IMG/VR virus record: IMGVR_UViG_3300026521_000003
Coordinates: 1-64,000 of that record
Length of the DNA stretch: 64,000 nt
Reading direction: 5' to 3' (one strand)
The notes below the pieces were generated by a model. That model searched no databases and was not told the origin of the DNA. It worked only from the letters and a program-made list of their open reading frames with translations. Position numbers and translations under genes: made by a program. Shown here one piece after another: positions 20,454 through 29,478 of the stretch (its first letter is position 1; each line of letters starts with the position of its first letter).

Positions 20454-21180
20454 AAGGTTTAAATTGAGATATTCACCATATTCATTTTCCAAAATTAACA
20501 CGTACAAGCATTGCCAAAAAAAATTTGAATGGACTTATGTAAATAAAAAAAACATTGATAAAAATTATAGCGATCCCGCATACTTTCAACGGGGTCGATT
20601 TATACACCAATATATCGCAAAACGATTATTAGGCCAAAATATAGAAATAAATGGTTATGCATCAATAGAAATAGATGATAAATTAAATTTGATAAACCAA
20701 GCAGATGAAGCGCTAGAAAACGACTATATAAATATAACATTCGACTTTGATATTACGGAAGTAGAGCAACCTATCAAATTAGATAAATCTTGTAAAATTT
20801 CTAAATCAAAAAAAGATAGTATGTTTACTGGTTTTATAGATTATTATGCAGTACATGATAATCTAGGTGTAATTGTTGACTGGAAAAGTGGAAAATTCAA
20901 AGACCGACCAAGTTTTGAACAATTGCAATTATACTCTATATGGTTAATAGAAAAATATCCACAAATAGATGAAATTGATTTACTTTTTTATTATATCGAA
21001 CATAATAAATTTAATATCATTACAATAGATAAACAGTCAATTATTAAATTTCGAGATAATCTATTATCCGATATTTCCACAATAGAAAAAACTGATACTT
21101 TTTCTATCAATCCATCTAAACAATGTGTATATTGTCCTTTTTTTGAATCTTGTTTAGATGAATTTAATATTTTAATTTAG
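20419..21180 (+). CDS. PD-(D/E)XK exonuclease, Cas4/RecB-like with 1+3 Cys cluster
   Basis: SFSKINTYKHC, G..IH, GFID, VDWKSG, QLQLY, CVYCPFFESC. Confidence 0.85.
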   Translation: MRHSYSSKPIFKRFKLRYSPYSFSKINTYKHCQKKFEWTYVNKKNIDKNYSDPAYFQRGRFIHQYIAKRLLGQNIEINGYASIEIDDKLNLINQADEALENDYINITFDFDITEVEQPIKLDKSCKISKSKKDSMFTGFIDYYAVHDNLGVIVDWKSGKFKDRPSFEQLQLYSIWLIEKYPQIDEIDLLFYYIEHNKFNIITIDKQSIIKFRDNLLSDISTIEKTDTFSINPSKQCVYCPFFESCLDEFNILI

Positions 21181-21519
21181 GACATCTTGTTCTTGAATTA
21201 GACTAGATAATGCATTTTTAAGTATATCTTCATATTTACTTTTTGATGCAGGGCCTGCTAAATTACCATAGACCTTACCTTTTTTCATAAATAATACCGC
21301 CGGTAATGTATTCATTTGGAAATATGAAGCTACTTTATGTTGTTCTAATATACGACATAGATAAATATCTACTTTCCCTTTTAAACGACCATCAAATTCT
21401 TTAAATATTTCTAAAATCTGATTCTTAGTAGGTATATCATCCGAATAAAATAGTATGTACTGTGCTTTATCTTCTAATAAAACCCTATCAATATTTTCAT
21501 CTGTTAAATTTTTTATCAA
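21172..21519 (-). CDS. Thioredoxin-fold protein lacking CxxC
   Basis: LTDEN...ILFYS-DDIPT...LPAVLFMKKGKV...G; cis-Pro motif kept, catalytic cysteines absent. Confidence 0.65.
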   Translation of the reverse strand: MIKNLTDENIDRVLLEDKAQYILFYSDDIPTKNQILEIFKEFDGRLKGKVDIYLCRILEQHKVASYFQMNTLPAVLFMKKGKVYGNLAGPASKSKYEDILKNALSSLIQEQDVLN

Positions 21520-21594
21520 TTCTATCTCCTTTGTTATATTAGATTAATTTTACATTTTTTTGTAAAATATTAAAAAAGAAAATAAGGAATATAT

Positions 21595-24123
21595 ATGAAT
21601 AACCTTTCTAAAAAGGCAATCGAATATTTAAAGCAATTAAATGACTTAGACATTGCATGGTTTGAAGATAAAGATAGAAAATTTGTTATGCTATTTGAAA
21701 AGCCCTCACAAGTAAAAGCTATAAAGCCCGTTATGGGATCTACAAAAGATACAAAACATATTAAAAATATTTCGCTTGCTGGTCATACTATGAGACTAAA
21801 AAATTTTGATGAATATAATCCTAAGCTAAAGGATAAATCATGGTATAAAATGGTTAAAGATAAAGATCTACCATTTATACCTGATAACTATGAGTTAGTT
21901 GTTAAAGAAAAATCAACAGGCAAATTTAAAACTGATTATCAGGAAATGGTTTTAAATGCTAAGCGAGCATTTGATGAAGCTGATTGGATTGTACTAGGTG
22001 TTGATCCTGATAATGAAGGTTGTGCATTAGGTATGGAAGTTATTATGGAATGTAATGCTGAAGATAAAGTAATCGGCATGGTTAATATGTCCAAACTTGA
22101 TTTTCATTCATTAAAAGAGGAAGTAAAAACTTTAGACAAAATACCTTTTTGGAATATGGCACAAAGTGGTTTTGCTAGAGGAGAATTTGACTGGGCTTTT
22201 GGCTTAAATAATACTATTTTAGCGTCTGTTTTATTGGGTGGTGGTCAAACATATCATGTTGGTGGTGTGAAATCACCTGTTATAAGAATGGTAGTAGATA
22301 GACTAAATCATATTAAGAATTTTAAACCTGTTAAATATTGGAGATTCGGGGGTTTAGCAAAACATAAAGAATCTGGTGTGGAATTTAATTATATTATAAA
22401 AATTAAACAAGATGATACAGATATTATCAAAACTCAAAAAAATATAGATAAACTTGAAAAGGAATTAGAGTCTATCGATAAAGATGATGAAGTTAATAAA
22501 GATAAAGTTTCATCATTATATAATGAATTAGGCAAATTAAGATGGAAATTAAATGAATTAGTTAAAGAATTTGAGAGTTCAGAAAGAGATATTTATTCAA
22601 GTAAAATGAGAAAAAAAGTAGAAAATGCCATAAAAATAGGTATGAATTTTAAAGTAAGTAATTTCACACAAAAAAATAATCTTACCCAAAATCCACCATT
22701 AGCATATTCACTAACTGACTTACAATCAGAGGCAGGTAATTTACATAATTTTACACCTGCAAAAACATTAGCTACGGCGCAAAAGTTGTATGAAGGACAA
22801 TGGCAATCTTATCCTAGAACAGATAATAGATATTATGCTAGTGGCGAAATGTCAAATATTAAAAAGATAATACCAAATTTATTAAATCTATCATCATTTA
22901 AAAATGTTAATATTCCTACTCCATTTAAAGTAAAAACTGGAGTATTTAATAGTGCAAAAGTATCAGCTCATACAGGTTTAGCACCTACAGCAAAAGAAAT
23001 GACTGACAAATCATTATCCGGAGAACAAAAAATTATTTTTGATATGGTTGCAACAAGATACCTTATTCAATTTATGGATAAATTTGAATACTATAAAGTT
23101 GAAATGGATGCCGATATTGATGATGAAATATATTTGACTACTTTTCAAAATATTCAAACTAAAAAAGGTTGGAGAGAGTTATATAATCCAGCTAATATGT
23201 ACGGTTTTACTTACGTAGAACAACAAACCTTACCAACAATGAAAAAAGGTGATAATATTGAAATCATTACGATAGAAAAAGAATCATTAGAAACTAAACC
23301 CAAACCTATGTTTAGTGAATTTAGCTTATTAAAAGGAATGGAAAATATTTCACGTATATATCCAGAATTAGAAGGATTAGAAAAAGGCATTGGTACTCCT
23401 GCTACAAGAGCAAGTATTTTAGATTCTTTATTTAAATCAAAATACTTAATCAAAAAAGGTAGAGTTATTGATGCTAGTGAAAAGGCAATAACACTTACAA
23501 ATTTATTACCTGATGAAATGACTAATCCTAAATTAAGAGCCGATATGGAAGCAAAACTTAATCAAATTGTTGATGGTAGTTTGACAAAAAAAGAATATGA
23601 ATTAGAATTTAAGAAAATGGTAGAAGAACAGGCTAAAAAATTATATGAGATAGGTGAAAAAAATAATATTGAAATAATTGATAAAGCTACTTTACCACCT
23701 AGTGAAGCACAATTAAAATTTGCAAAAACTATGGAGAAAGAATTAAATATAAAAATCCCTAAAGAAGCCTTAGAACTTAAAGATGAATTAACCAAATGGC
23801 TTAAAAAACATGAGAAAAAAATGCCTAATTTACTTTCTGATAAACAAGTAGCATTTTTAACTGAATATGGTCAAGACGATGAAGAAATCGTAGCGATTTT
23901 AGATGCAAATGCTAAAAGAGAAATGACAAAAGAACAAAAATTTAAAGCCTCTAAATGGTTAGGAACTTATATGCGAACTAGTGAATATCAGAAAAAGAGA
24001 GCTGCAAAAGCGGCAGCAACAAGAAAACGTAATAGAGAAGCTAAAATGAAAGCTATGGGTATTGAAACACCAACAGTTTCTATAAAACGTCCACGTAAAA
24101 AGAAAGAGAAAAAAGAAAAATAA
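21595..24123 (+). CDS. Type IA DNA topoisomerase (TopA/TopB-like)
   Basis: EKPS, GH, DPDNEG, SYPRTD (catalytic Tyr), AHTGLAPT, GIGTPATRA. Confidence 0.92.
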   Translation: MNNLSKKAIEYLKQLNDLDIAWFEDKDRKFVMLFEKPSQVKAIKPVMGSTKDTKHIKNISLAGHTMRLKNFDEYNPKLKDKSWYKMVKDKDLPFIPDNYELVVKEKSTGKFKTDYQEMVLNAKRAFDEADWIVLGVDPDNEGCALGMEVIMECNAEDKVIGMVNMSKLDFHSLKEEVKTLDKIPFWNMAQSGFARGEFDWAFGLNNTILASVLLGGGQTYHVGGVKSPVIRMVVDRLNHIKNFKPVKYWRFGGLAKHKESGVEFNYIIKIKQDDTDIIKTQKNIDKLEKELESIDKDDEVNKDKVSSLYNELGKLRWKLNELVKEFESSERDIYSSKMRKKVENAIKIGMNFKVSNFTQKNNLTQNPPLAYSLTDLQSEAGNLHNFTPAKTLATAQKLYEGQWQSYPRTDNRYYASGEMSNIKKIIPNLLNLSSFKNVNIPTPFKVKTGVFNSAKVSAHTGLAPTAKEMTDKSLSGEQKIIFDMVATRYLIQFMDKFEYYKVEMDADIDDEIYLTTFQNIQTKKGWRELYNPANMYGFTYVEQQTLPTMKKGDNIEIITIEKESLETKPKPMFSEFSLLKGMENISRIYPELEGLEKGIGTPATRASILDSLFKSKYLIKKGRVIDASEKAITLTNLLPDEMTNPKLRADMEAKLNQIVDGSLTKKEYELEFKKMVEEQAKKLYEIGEKNNIEIIDKATLPPSEAQLKFAKTMEKELNIKIPKEALELKDELTKWLKKHEKKMPNLLSDKQVAFLTEYGQDDEEIVAILDANAKREMTKEQKFKASKWLGTYMRTSEYQKKRAAKAAATRKRNREAKMKAMGIETPTVSIKRPRKKKEKKEK

Positions 24124-24134
24124 ATAATTTTTTC

Positions 24135-24142
24135 TATAAATA
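24135..24142 (+). promoter_or_regulatory. T4-type late promoter motif TATAAATA
   Basis: Exact match 21 bp upstream of the 24163 ORF. Confidence 0.55.
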
Positions 24143-24162
24143 AATCAAAAAGGATGATATGA

Positions 24163-24468
24163 ATGACATTACTTGAATTAAATGAATCACTTTCTCTAAA
24201 CTTTGAAAATGGAATTATTGTATATTTAGATAAATCGAATAAAACATTTAGATTTGTAGATTCAAGCGATAGTGCTCGCCGAGGATTAACAACAACTATA
24301 AAAAATAAAAATGATTATAAAAAATTAACACGACAATATAAGATTGATAGTAGTTTTGATGAATTTATACCTTTAAGTAATGATTTTAAGAAAAATAATA
24401 AGTCATCTGAAATGAGGAAAGTTTTAGCTGCTATGCAAAATGACATCCTCAATCTAAATAGAAGGTAG
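24163..24468 (+). CDS. Hypothetical protein
   Basis: AGGA RBS and late motif upstream. Confidence 0.55.
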   Translation: MTLLELNESLSLNFENGIIVYLDKSNKTFRFVDSSDSARRGLTTTIKNKNDYKKLTRQYKIDSSFDEFIPLSNDFKKNNKSSEMRKVLAAMQNDILNLNRR

Positions 24469-24474
24469 TTAATA

Positions 24475-25428
24475 ATGGGTTATGGGTATTATTCTCGACG
24501 TTATTCATACGAAAGTCCTTCTCCCATAGAAATGTCAGATAATGACATAAATACATTAATCAATACTCTCAAAGAACAAATAGAAAATAATAAATTAAAA
24601 GATATAAGATCAACATTATCCAAATTGAAATTATCCACAAATGAAAAATATAAAGATTATGTTGGATTTAATGCTGTAATTTTAGCATACGTATATGCAT
24701 TAAAAATAGGCAGTAGTAAAACAATAAGTAGTTTGGAAAAAACTATTTTTAAAAAAAATTTTACAGTTGACGGGTTAAATATTTTATCACTTTCTAAGAT
24801 TCTAAAAAATGATTTTAAACTATTTATGGATCATTATCTAATAGATAAAAATACAATATACACAATAGATGATAATGAAACTATTACCTTTTTATTCTCA
24901 AATTATCCTACTGAAGCAGAAGTAATTATTAAAAATGGTAAAATTAGTAAATTTATAAAGGGCGAGGATAGATTAAATGTAATACTATCAATAATTAAGT
25001 ATTCTGAATTATTTGAGACTATTATAATCGGTTTAACAACTTTATATGGTACCGATTATGTAGATAAATTTTCAATCAAATATGACACTTTAAAAAAAAT
25101 CCACGATGAAATAATCTTAAAATCAAAACCTCTATTAAAGTCTCTCTTAAATGATTTTTATTATATTATTTATAAAGAATTTATAACTGCAGATATTTTA
25201 ATTTATGATTTAGAACATAAGTTGTTATTAGAAAATACACAAAAAAAATATATTGAATCTATATTAGATATAAGCGAAAAAAAACTTTTTGAATTATTAT
25301 ATCTGATTAAAAATCATGAATTACGTACTAATTTTATAGCTAATTCTGAAAAAGTATTATCATTAATTGTTAAAAATGGAGATCCCACACTTATACCTAA
25401 TGAAATAAAGGACATATTTCTTTTTTAA
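24475..25428 (+). CDS. Hypothetical protein
   Basis: 317-aa open ORF. Confidence 0.6.
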   Translation: MGYGYYSRRYSYESPSPIEMSDNDINTLINTLKEQIENNKLKDIRSTLSKLKLSTNEKYKDYVGFNAVILAYVYALKIGSSKTISSLEKTIFKKNFTVDGLNILSLSKILKNDFKLFMDHYLIDKNTIYTIDDNETITFLFSNYPTEAEVIIKNGKISKFIKGEDRLNVILSIIKYSELFETIIIGLTTLYGTDYVDKFSIKYDTLKKIHDEIILKSKPLLKSLLNDFYYIIYKEFITADILIYDLEHKLLLENTQKKYIESILDISEKKLFELLYLIKNHELRTNFIANSEKVLSLIVKNGDPTLIPNEIKDIFLF

Positions 25429-25478
25429 AAAAATTGTAAAATATTATACAAATAACATAGTATAATAAGGTATTTACA

Positions 25479-25601
25479 ATGACACTATCTCACAAAAAAA
25501 TAAAATCTATTAAAAAAGTTAAATATTATGACAAAGTATATGATATAACTATGAAGTCCAACCCACATACATTTTTTGCTAATAATATTTTAGTACATAA
25601 C
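25479..25601 (+). other. Split intein C-fragment (41 aa, basic), Ser+1 at 25602
   Basis: Block F VYDI and block G LVHN followed by Ser. Confidence 0.92.
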
Positions 25602-26633
25602 AGTTGCTATTTTAGAATAATGGAGGCAGAAAATTTGGAGGAAGCTCAAAAAATTGGTGCCGATGTTGTAAAAGCATGTGATGAAGGTAGTATTCCAATG
25701 TTGGTTAAAGATATTTTTAATGGTGATGATGTCATGAGATCCGATTTTGAAGCTATTGCCCGTTCAACATTATCATATGGTAAAAAGAAACAATATGCAT
25801 TTCTAAAAGGTTGGGAAGATGGTGAAGTACTTCCAAAGCCAAAATTAGGTATTACCGGTCTATCTATTAAAAGATCTGATTCACCCAAACAACTATCTAT
25901 GGAAATGAAACCGTTCTTTACTGAAATTATGAAAGGTTTAAAACATGAGCAAATCAAAGAAGCTATGGATAAAATTGAGTCGGATTATGATGATCTAAGC
26001 TTATATGATTTATCTGCAAAACGTTCAGCGAATAATTTAGGTAAATATTTAAAAGCATTCAATTATGAAATTGAATATAAATCTAGACCTTATAATATAG
26101 AAAAAATTGATGAATTTTTAAAAGAAGAGTACCCTGATATAAAAATTAAAATAAATGATAAAATATATTTTGATTTTATGAGAGAAGGTAGAGGTCGTTA
26201 TTCATTAGAAGATGGTGAATTAATAAAAGATGTTAATGGCGAAATTTATATTGAAGCAAAGGTAAAAATGGTTGTACCATTTCATATAAAGGCGTCTATT
26301 TTATATAACTATCTATTAGATGAATATAATTTATCATCCGAGTTTAATCAAATATTAAACGGTGAAAAAATTAAACTTTTTTATATTAAACCTACAAAAA
26401 TAAATATAAAATATACAAATAGTGATGGTGAAGTATTTGATATGATACAAGAATTTGATTGTATTGCATTCCCTTCTAGTTCTAAACACATACCATCATT
26501 TATTAATGATTTTACCCCAGATAAAAAGAGAATGCTAGAAACTTATTTCTTTGGTAAAATGGAAACTATTTTTGATGTTATTGGATTTAGCAAAGAAAAA
26601 CTTGAAAATATAGCTATGGATTCACTATTCTAA
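25479..26633 (+). CDS. polB: Split-intein C-half fused to family B DNA polymerase C-terminal part (palm/thumb)
   Basis: VYDITM...TFFANNILVHN|SCYF, then KKKQYA, GLSIKRSDSP, PFHIKASILYN, GEKIK. Confidence 0.92.
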   Translation: MTLSHKKIKSIKKVKYYDKVYDITMKSNPHTFFANNILVHNSCYFRIMEAENLEEAQKIGADVVKACDEGSIPMLVKDIFNGDDVMRSDFEAIARSTLSYGKKKQYAFLKGWEDGEVLPKPKLGITGLSIKRSDSPKQLSMEMKPFFTEIMKGLKHEQIKEAMDKIESDYDDLSLYDLSAKRSANNLGKYLKAFNYEIEYKSRPYNIEKIDEFLKEEYPDIKIKINDKIYFDFMREGRGRYSLEDGELIKDVNGEIYIEAKVKMVVPFHIKASILYNYLLDEYNLSSEFNQILNGEKIKLFYIKPTKINIKYTNSDGEVFDMIQEFDCIAFPSSSKHIPSFINDFTPDKKRMLETYFFGKMETIFDVIGFSKEKLENIAMDSLF

Positions 26634-26641
26634 ACGTATAA

Positions 26642-27028
26642 TTAAAAACTATATACGTTTAGACTATCTATAAATTCATTCCATTCTTCGATACTATTAT
26701 TACTAAATTGTTCAGCATTTTCTTTATCAAATGTAAATCCGATATTAGGAACTTTCTCTAAAATACGCTTATAAAAATTTATATCTTCAAACGTATTTTT
26801 AATTGAAATTTTTATATTTGTTTTTTTTAATTTATTTAATGTTGTTATTATTGTAGACATACGTTCACCACGTTTAAAACCTGTTACTTTTTCCGATAAA
26901 TCACCTACTATAAAATATTTTATACCATGCTCATTAGCTGTTTCTAATTCTTGCATTAATTTTAAATTAATACTCTCAATTTCTTCATTAAATTTATATA
27001 AACCTAGTACAGTATTTAATTCATTCAT
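26642..27028 (-). CDS. Hypothetical protein
   Basis: GAGGA RBS. Confidence 0.55.
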   Translation of the reverse strand: MNELNTVLGLYKFNEEIESINLKLMQELETANEHGIKYFIVGDLSEKVTGFKRGERMSTIITTLNKLKKTNIKISIKNTFEDINFYKRILEKVPNIGFTFDKENAEQFSNNSIEEWNEFIDSLNVYSF

Positions 27029-27157
27029 AATAATCCTCTTGTTTAGTCCTAATTTGTATTATTATTTAGTTAAGTTTTTTACTTTATTATAAAGTTTATT
27101 TCTATATATTTTAAAGGAATTTTACAAAATGTTATTTTTAACCCCTTTAAAATATGA

Positions 27158-28117
27158 CTATTTATGGAGCCAAGATTTAATAATTTCTTTCTGTTTTTGA
27201 CTAAGATCAACATAAAAAATTTCTATTTCTACTATAAAATCCCCGATTTTATCTTTATTAATTGACTTAATACCTTTTTCTTTAAAAACTAATTTCTTTT
27301 TATTTTTTATATCATTGGTGTCAATAGTAATTTGTTCATCAACACCATCAATAATAATTTCATCTTCTATTAAAATATCTAACACATTAAGTTTTAAAGT
27401 CTTATATATATCTAAACCATCTCTCCTAAATTCACTATCATTATTAATATTAAGTTCAATATATAAATCACCTTTTATATTATTAATTTTATTAGCTTTA
27501 CCTCTCATAACTAAACGGGTATGATTGTCGACTCCTGATGGTACAACACATTTTAATTTTATAATCTCTTCTTTGAATCCTAGACCATCACAGCTACTAC
27601 ATGAATATATTTTTGTATATCCTATACCTTTACAGTTTGAACATAATATATTTGTAGTAACAAATCCACTCTTACTTTGAATAGTGCCATTACCGTCACA
27701 ATTTGGACAGGGCTTAAAGTTACCACCATACCCGTTACATTCATTACATTCACTCTTTTGCTTAAATTCAAATGGTATTTCGACACCAATGATTGATTCA
27801 TAGAAATTAATGTGCATTTGAATTACTTCATCTTTTTTAAAAGTTTTTTTTAATTTCTTTTTGATTTCTTTCTTTGGGTATCTAAAAATTGTACGTGTAT
27901 TTTTATTATAACTATAATAAAGTTTATCATAATCAGAACGTTTTTGTGAATTTGAAAGAATATCATAAGCCGCATTAATCTTTTTAAAGATAGTTTCAGC
28001 CTCTAAGTCTTTATTTAAATCTGGGTGATATTTTTTTGCTAATTTTCTATACTTATATTTTATATCCTCTAATAAAGCATTAGGAGATATTTCCAAAATC
28101 GCATAATAATCAATCAT
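27158..28117 (-). CDS. dnaJ: DnaJ co-chaperone
   Basis: DYYAIL, J-domain KYHPD, four CxxCxGxG repeats, C-terminal domain. Start MIDYY follows GGAG. Confidence 0.92.
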   Translation of the reverse strand: MIDYYAILEISPNALLEDIKYKYRKLAKKYHPDLNKDLEAETIFKKINAAYDILSNSQKRSDYDKLYYSYNKNTRTIFRYPKKEIKKKLKKTFKKDEVIQMHINFYESIIGVEIPFEFKQKSECNECNGYGGNFKPCPNCDGNGTIQSKSGFVTTNILCSNCKGIGYTKIYSCSSCDGLGFKEEIIKLKCVVPSGVDNHTRLVMRGKANKINNIKGDLYIELNINNDSEFRRDGLDIYKTLKLNVLDILIEDEIIIDGVDEQITIDTNDIKNKKKLVFKEKGIKSINKDKIGDFIVEIEIFYVDLSQKQKEIIKSWLHK

Positions 28118-28170
28118 AGTTACTCCATTTTTAAGATATTTATTTAAGGAAATTAACATAAGTATTAATT

Positions 28171-28187
28171 TTGCAATATTTTTGCCA
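28171..28187 (-). promoter_or_regulatory. Candidate sigma54 (-24/-12) promoter facing dnaJ
   Basis: Minus strand TGGCAAAAATATTGCAA = GG-N10-GC. Confidence 0.4.
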
Positions 28188-28194
28188 TTTTAGT

Positions 28195-28221
28195 TTAAGT
28201 TTTTTGCACTATAACCGATAT
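28195..28221 (+). promoter_or_regulatory. sigma28 (FliA)-type promoter for the flagellin gene
   Basis: TTAAGTTT-N11-ACCGATAT versus consensus TAAAGTTT-N11-GCCGATAA, 100 bp upstream of the flagellin ATG. Confidence 0.75.
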
Positions 28222-28282
28222 TCTAATTGTAAGAGAAATATATACTACATTATATCATATTTCTCTTTAAATTAAACTTAAA

Positions 28283-28319
28283 TGGAAAAGGAATTTCCAC
28301 TTTACACATTGGAGGTGTA
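28283..28319 (+). promoter_or_regulatory. Two CsrA-type GGA-loop hairpins in the flagellin leader; the second contains the Shine-Dalgarno
   Basis: TGGAAA-AGGAA-TTTCCA (28283-28299) and TACAC-ATTGGAG-GTGTA (28303-28319). Confidence 0.65.
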
Positions 28320-28321
28320 TC

Positions 28322-29125
28322 ATGTTTAATTTAGGACAAGCTCAATCAATTTTAGGGATTAATAATTCAAATGATCAAATTTATAGATTAAATGAGCAGT
28401 TACAAACAGGTAAAAGAATTAACAGAGCGGCAGATGATGCTTCTGGTATGGCTATCGCAAACCAACTTAAATCACAAGCTAATGGTTTGGGTCAAGCCAT
28501 TAGAAATTTAAATGAGGCAATTTCATTAACAAACATAGCTGATGGAGCTTTAGAAGAATATACTAAAGTCCTTATGGAAATTAGAGATAAAGCGTCTCAA
28601 GCAATTTCTGATTCAAATTCAACCGAATCTAGAACAGCTTTACAAAATGATATTAATGAAATGATTAAATCTGCGGAAGCTATAGCAACTGATACGTCTT
28701 ATAATGGTATTAAATTATTAGATGGTACTTTTACAAATAAAGTATTCCAAACTGGGGCATATAGTGGACAAACAACATCTATATCAATTTCTAGTGTTAA
28801 AACAGCTGATTTGGGTATTGATGCGTTGACAGTTGATACTTCTACAAACGCTGCAACAGCATTGGATAATATCGATGCTGCTCTTAAATCTCTTGACGGT
28901 ATTAGAAGTGGTATCGGTTCTGTTACACAAGGTCTTGAATCTAAAGTTAGAAATATGCAAGTAACACAACAAAACGTCTTATCTGCAGAATCTAATATTA
29001 GAGATGTAGATGAAGCACAAGCAAAAGCTGAATTAGATAACTGGACTGTTAGAAATCAAGCTGCAATGTTCGCATTTAATATGGCAGCTCAACAACAACA
29101 AAGTATTCTAAGATTATTCCAATAG
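28322..29125 (+). CDS. Minimal flagellin (D0/D1 only), phage-encoded
   Basis: TGKRINRAADDASGMAIA, YNGIKLLDG, FQTGA, AESNIRDVD, C-terminal QSILRLFQ; 267 aa. Confidence 0.95.
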   Translation: MFNLGQAQSILGINNSNDQIYRLNEQLQTGKRINRAADDASGMAIANQLKSQANGLGQAIRNLNEAISLTNIADGALEEYTKVLMEIRDKASQAISDSNSTESRTALQNDINEMIKSAEAIATDTSYNGIKLLDGTFTNKVFQTGAYSGQTTSISISSVKTADLGIDALTVDTSTNAATALDNIDAALKSLDGIRSGIGSVTQGLESKVRNMQVTQQNVLSAESNIRDVDEAQAKAELDNWTVRNQAAMFAFNMAAQQQQSILRLFQ

Positions 29126-29139
29126 AATATTAAGATTAT

Positions 29140-29164
29140 AGGAGGGTTATTAACCCTCCTTTTT
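29140..29164 (+). terminator. Rho-independent terminator after flagellin
   Basis: AGGAGGGTTA-T-TAACCCTCCT followed by TTTT. Confidence 0.8.
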
Positions 29165-29182
29165 AATTAAAAGGAGATTATT

Positions 29183-29467
29183 ATGGGTGGATATGCTAAT
29201 GACGTAAGTAGTTTTTTATCAATTTTTTATTTTCGCATGGAAGAGAAATTAAATGAATTAATAGAATTGAGTAAAGATAAATCATTTGATAGTACTAAGA
29301 AAAGTGTTGCAATTAAAGACAAATTAATCGAAGCATTAGATATGCTTACAATGAGTGCATCAGATGATAAAATAAAAGAATTTACTGATTATCTAAGTAC
29401 GAAAATTATTCTAGGTAAAGTAGAAGATTTAGAGGACGCAAAACGTGTATGTAAACTAATACGGTAA
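29183..29467 (+). CDS. Putative FliS-like flagellin chaperone (divergent)
   Basis: All-helical, 94 aa. FLSIFY..MEEKL, FTDYLSTKI and LEDAKRVCKLIR align by eye with FliS helices (L.MLY...I.FL; LYDY...L; LDEV...L..LR). Lies between flagellin and flaG. Confidence 0.45.
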   Translation: MGGYANDVSSFLSIFYFRMEEKLNELIELSKDKSFDSTKKSVAIKDKLIEALDMLTMSASDDKIKEFTDYLSTKIILGKVEDLEDAKRVCKLIR

Positions 29468-29478
29468 AGGAGATAACT

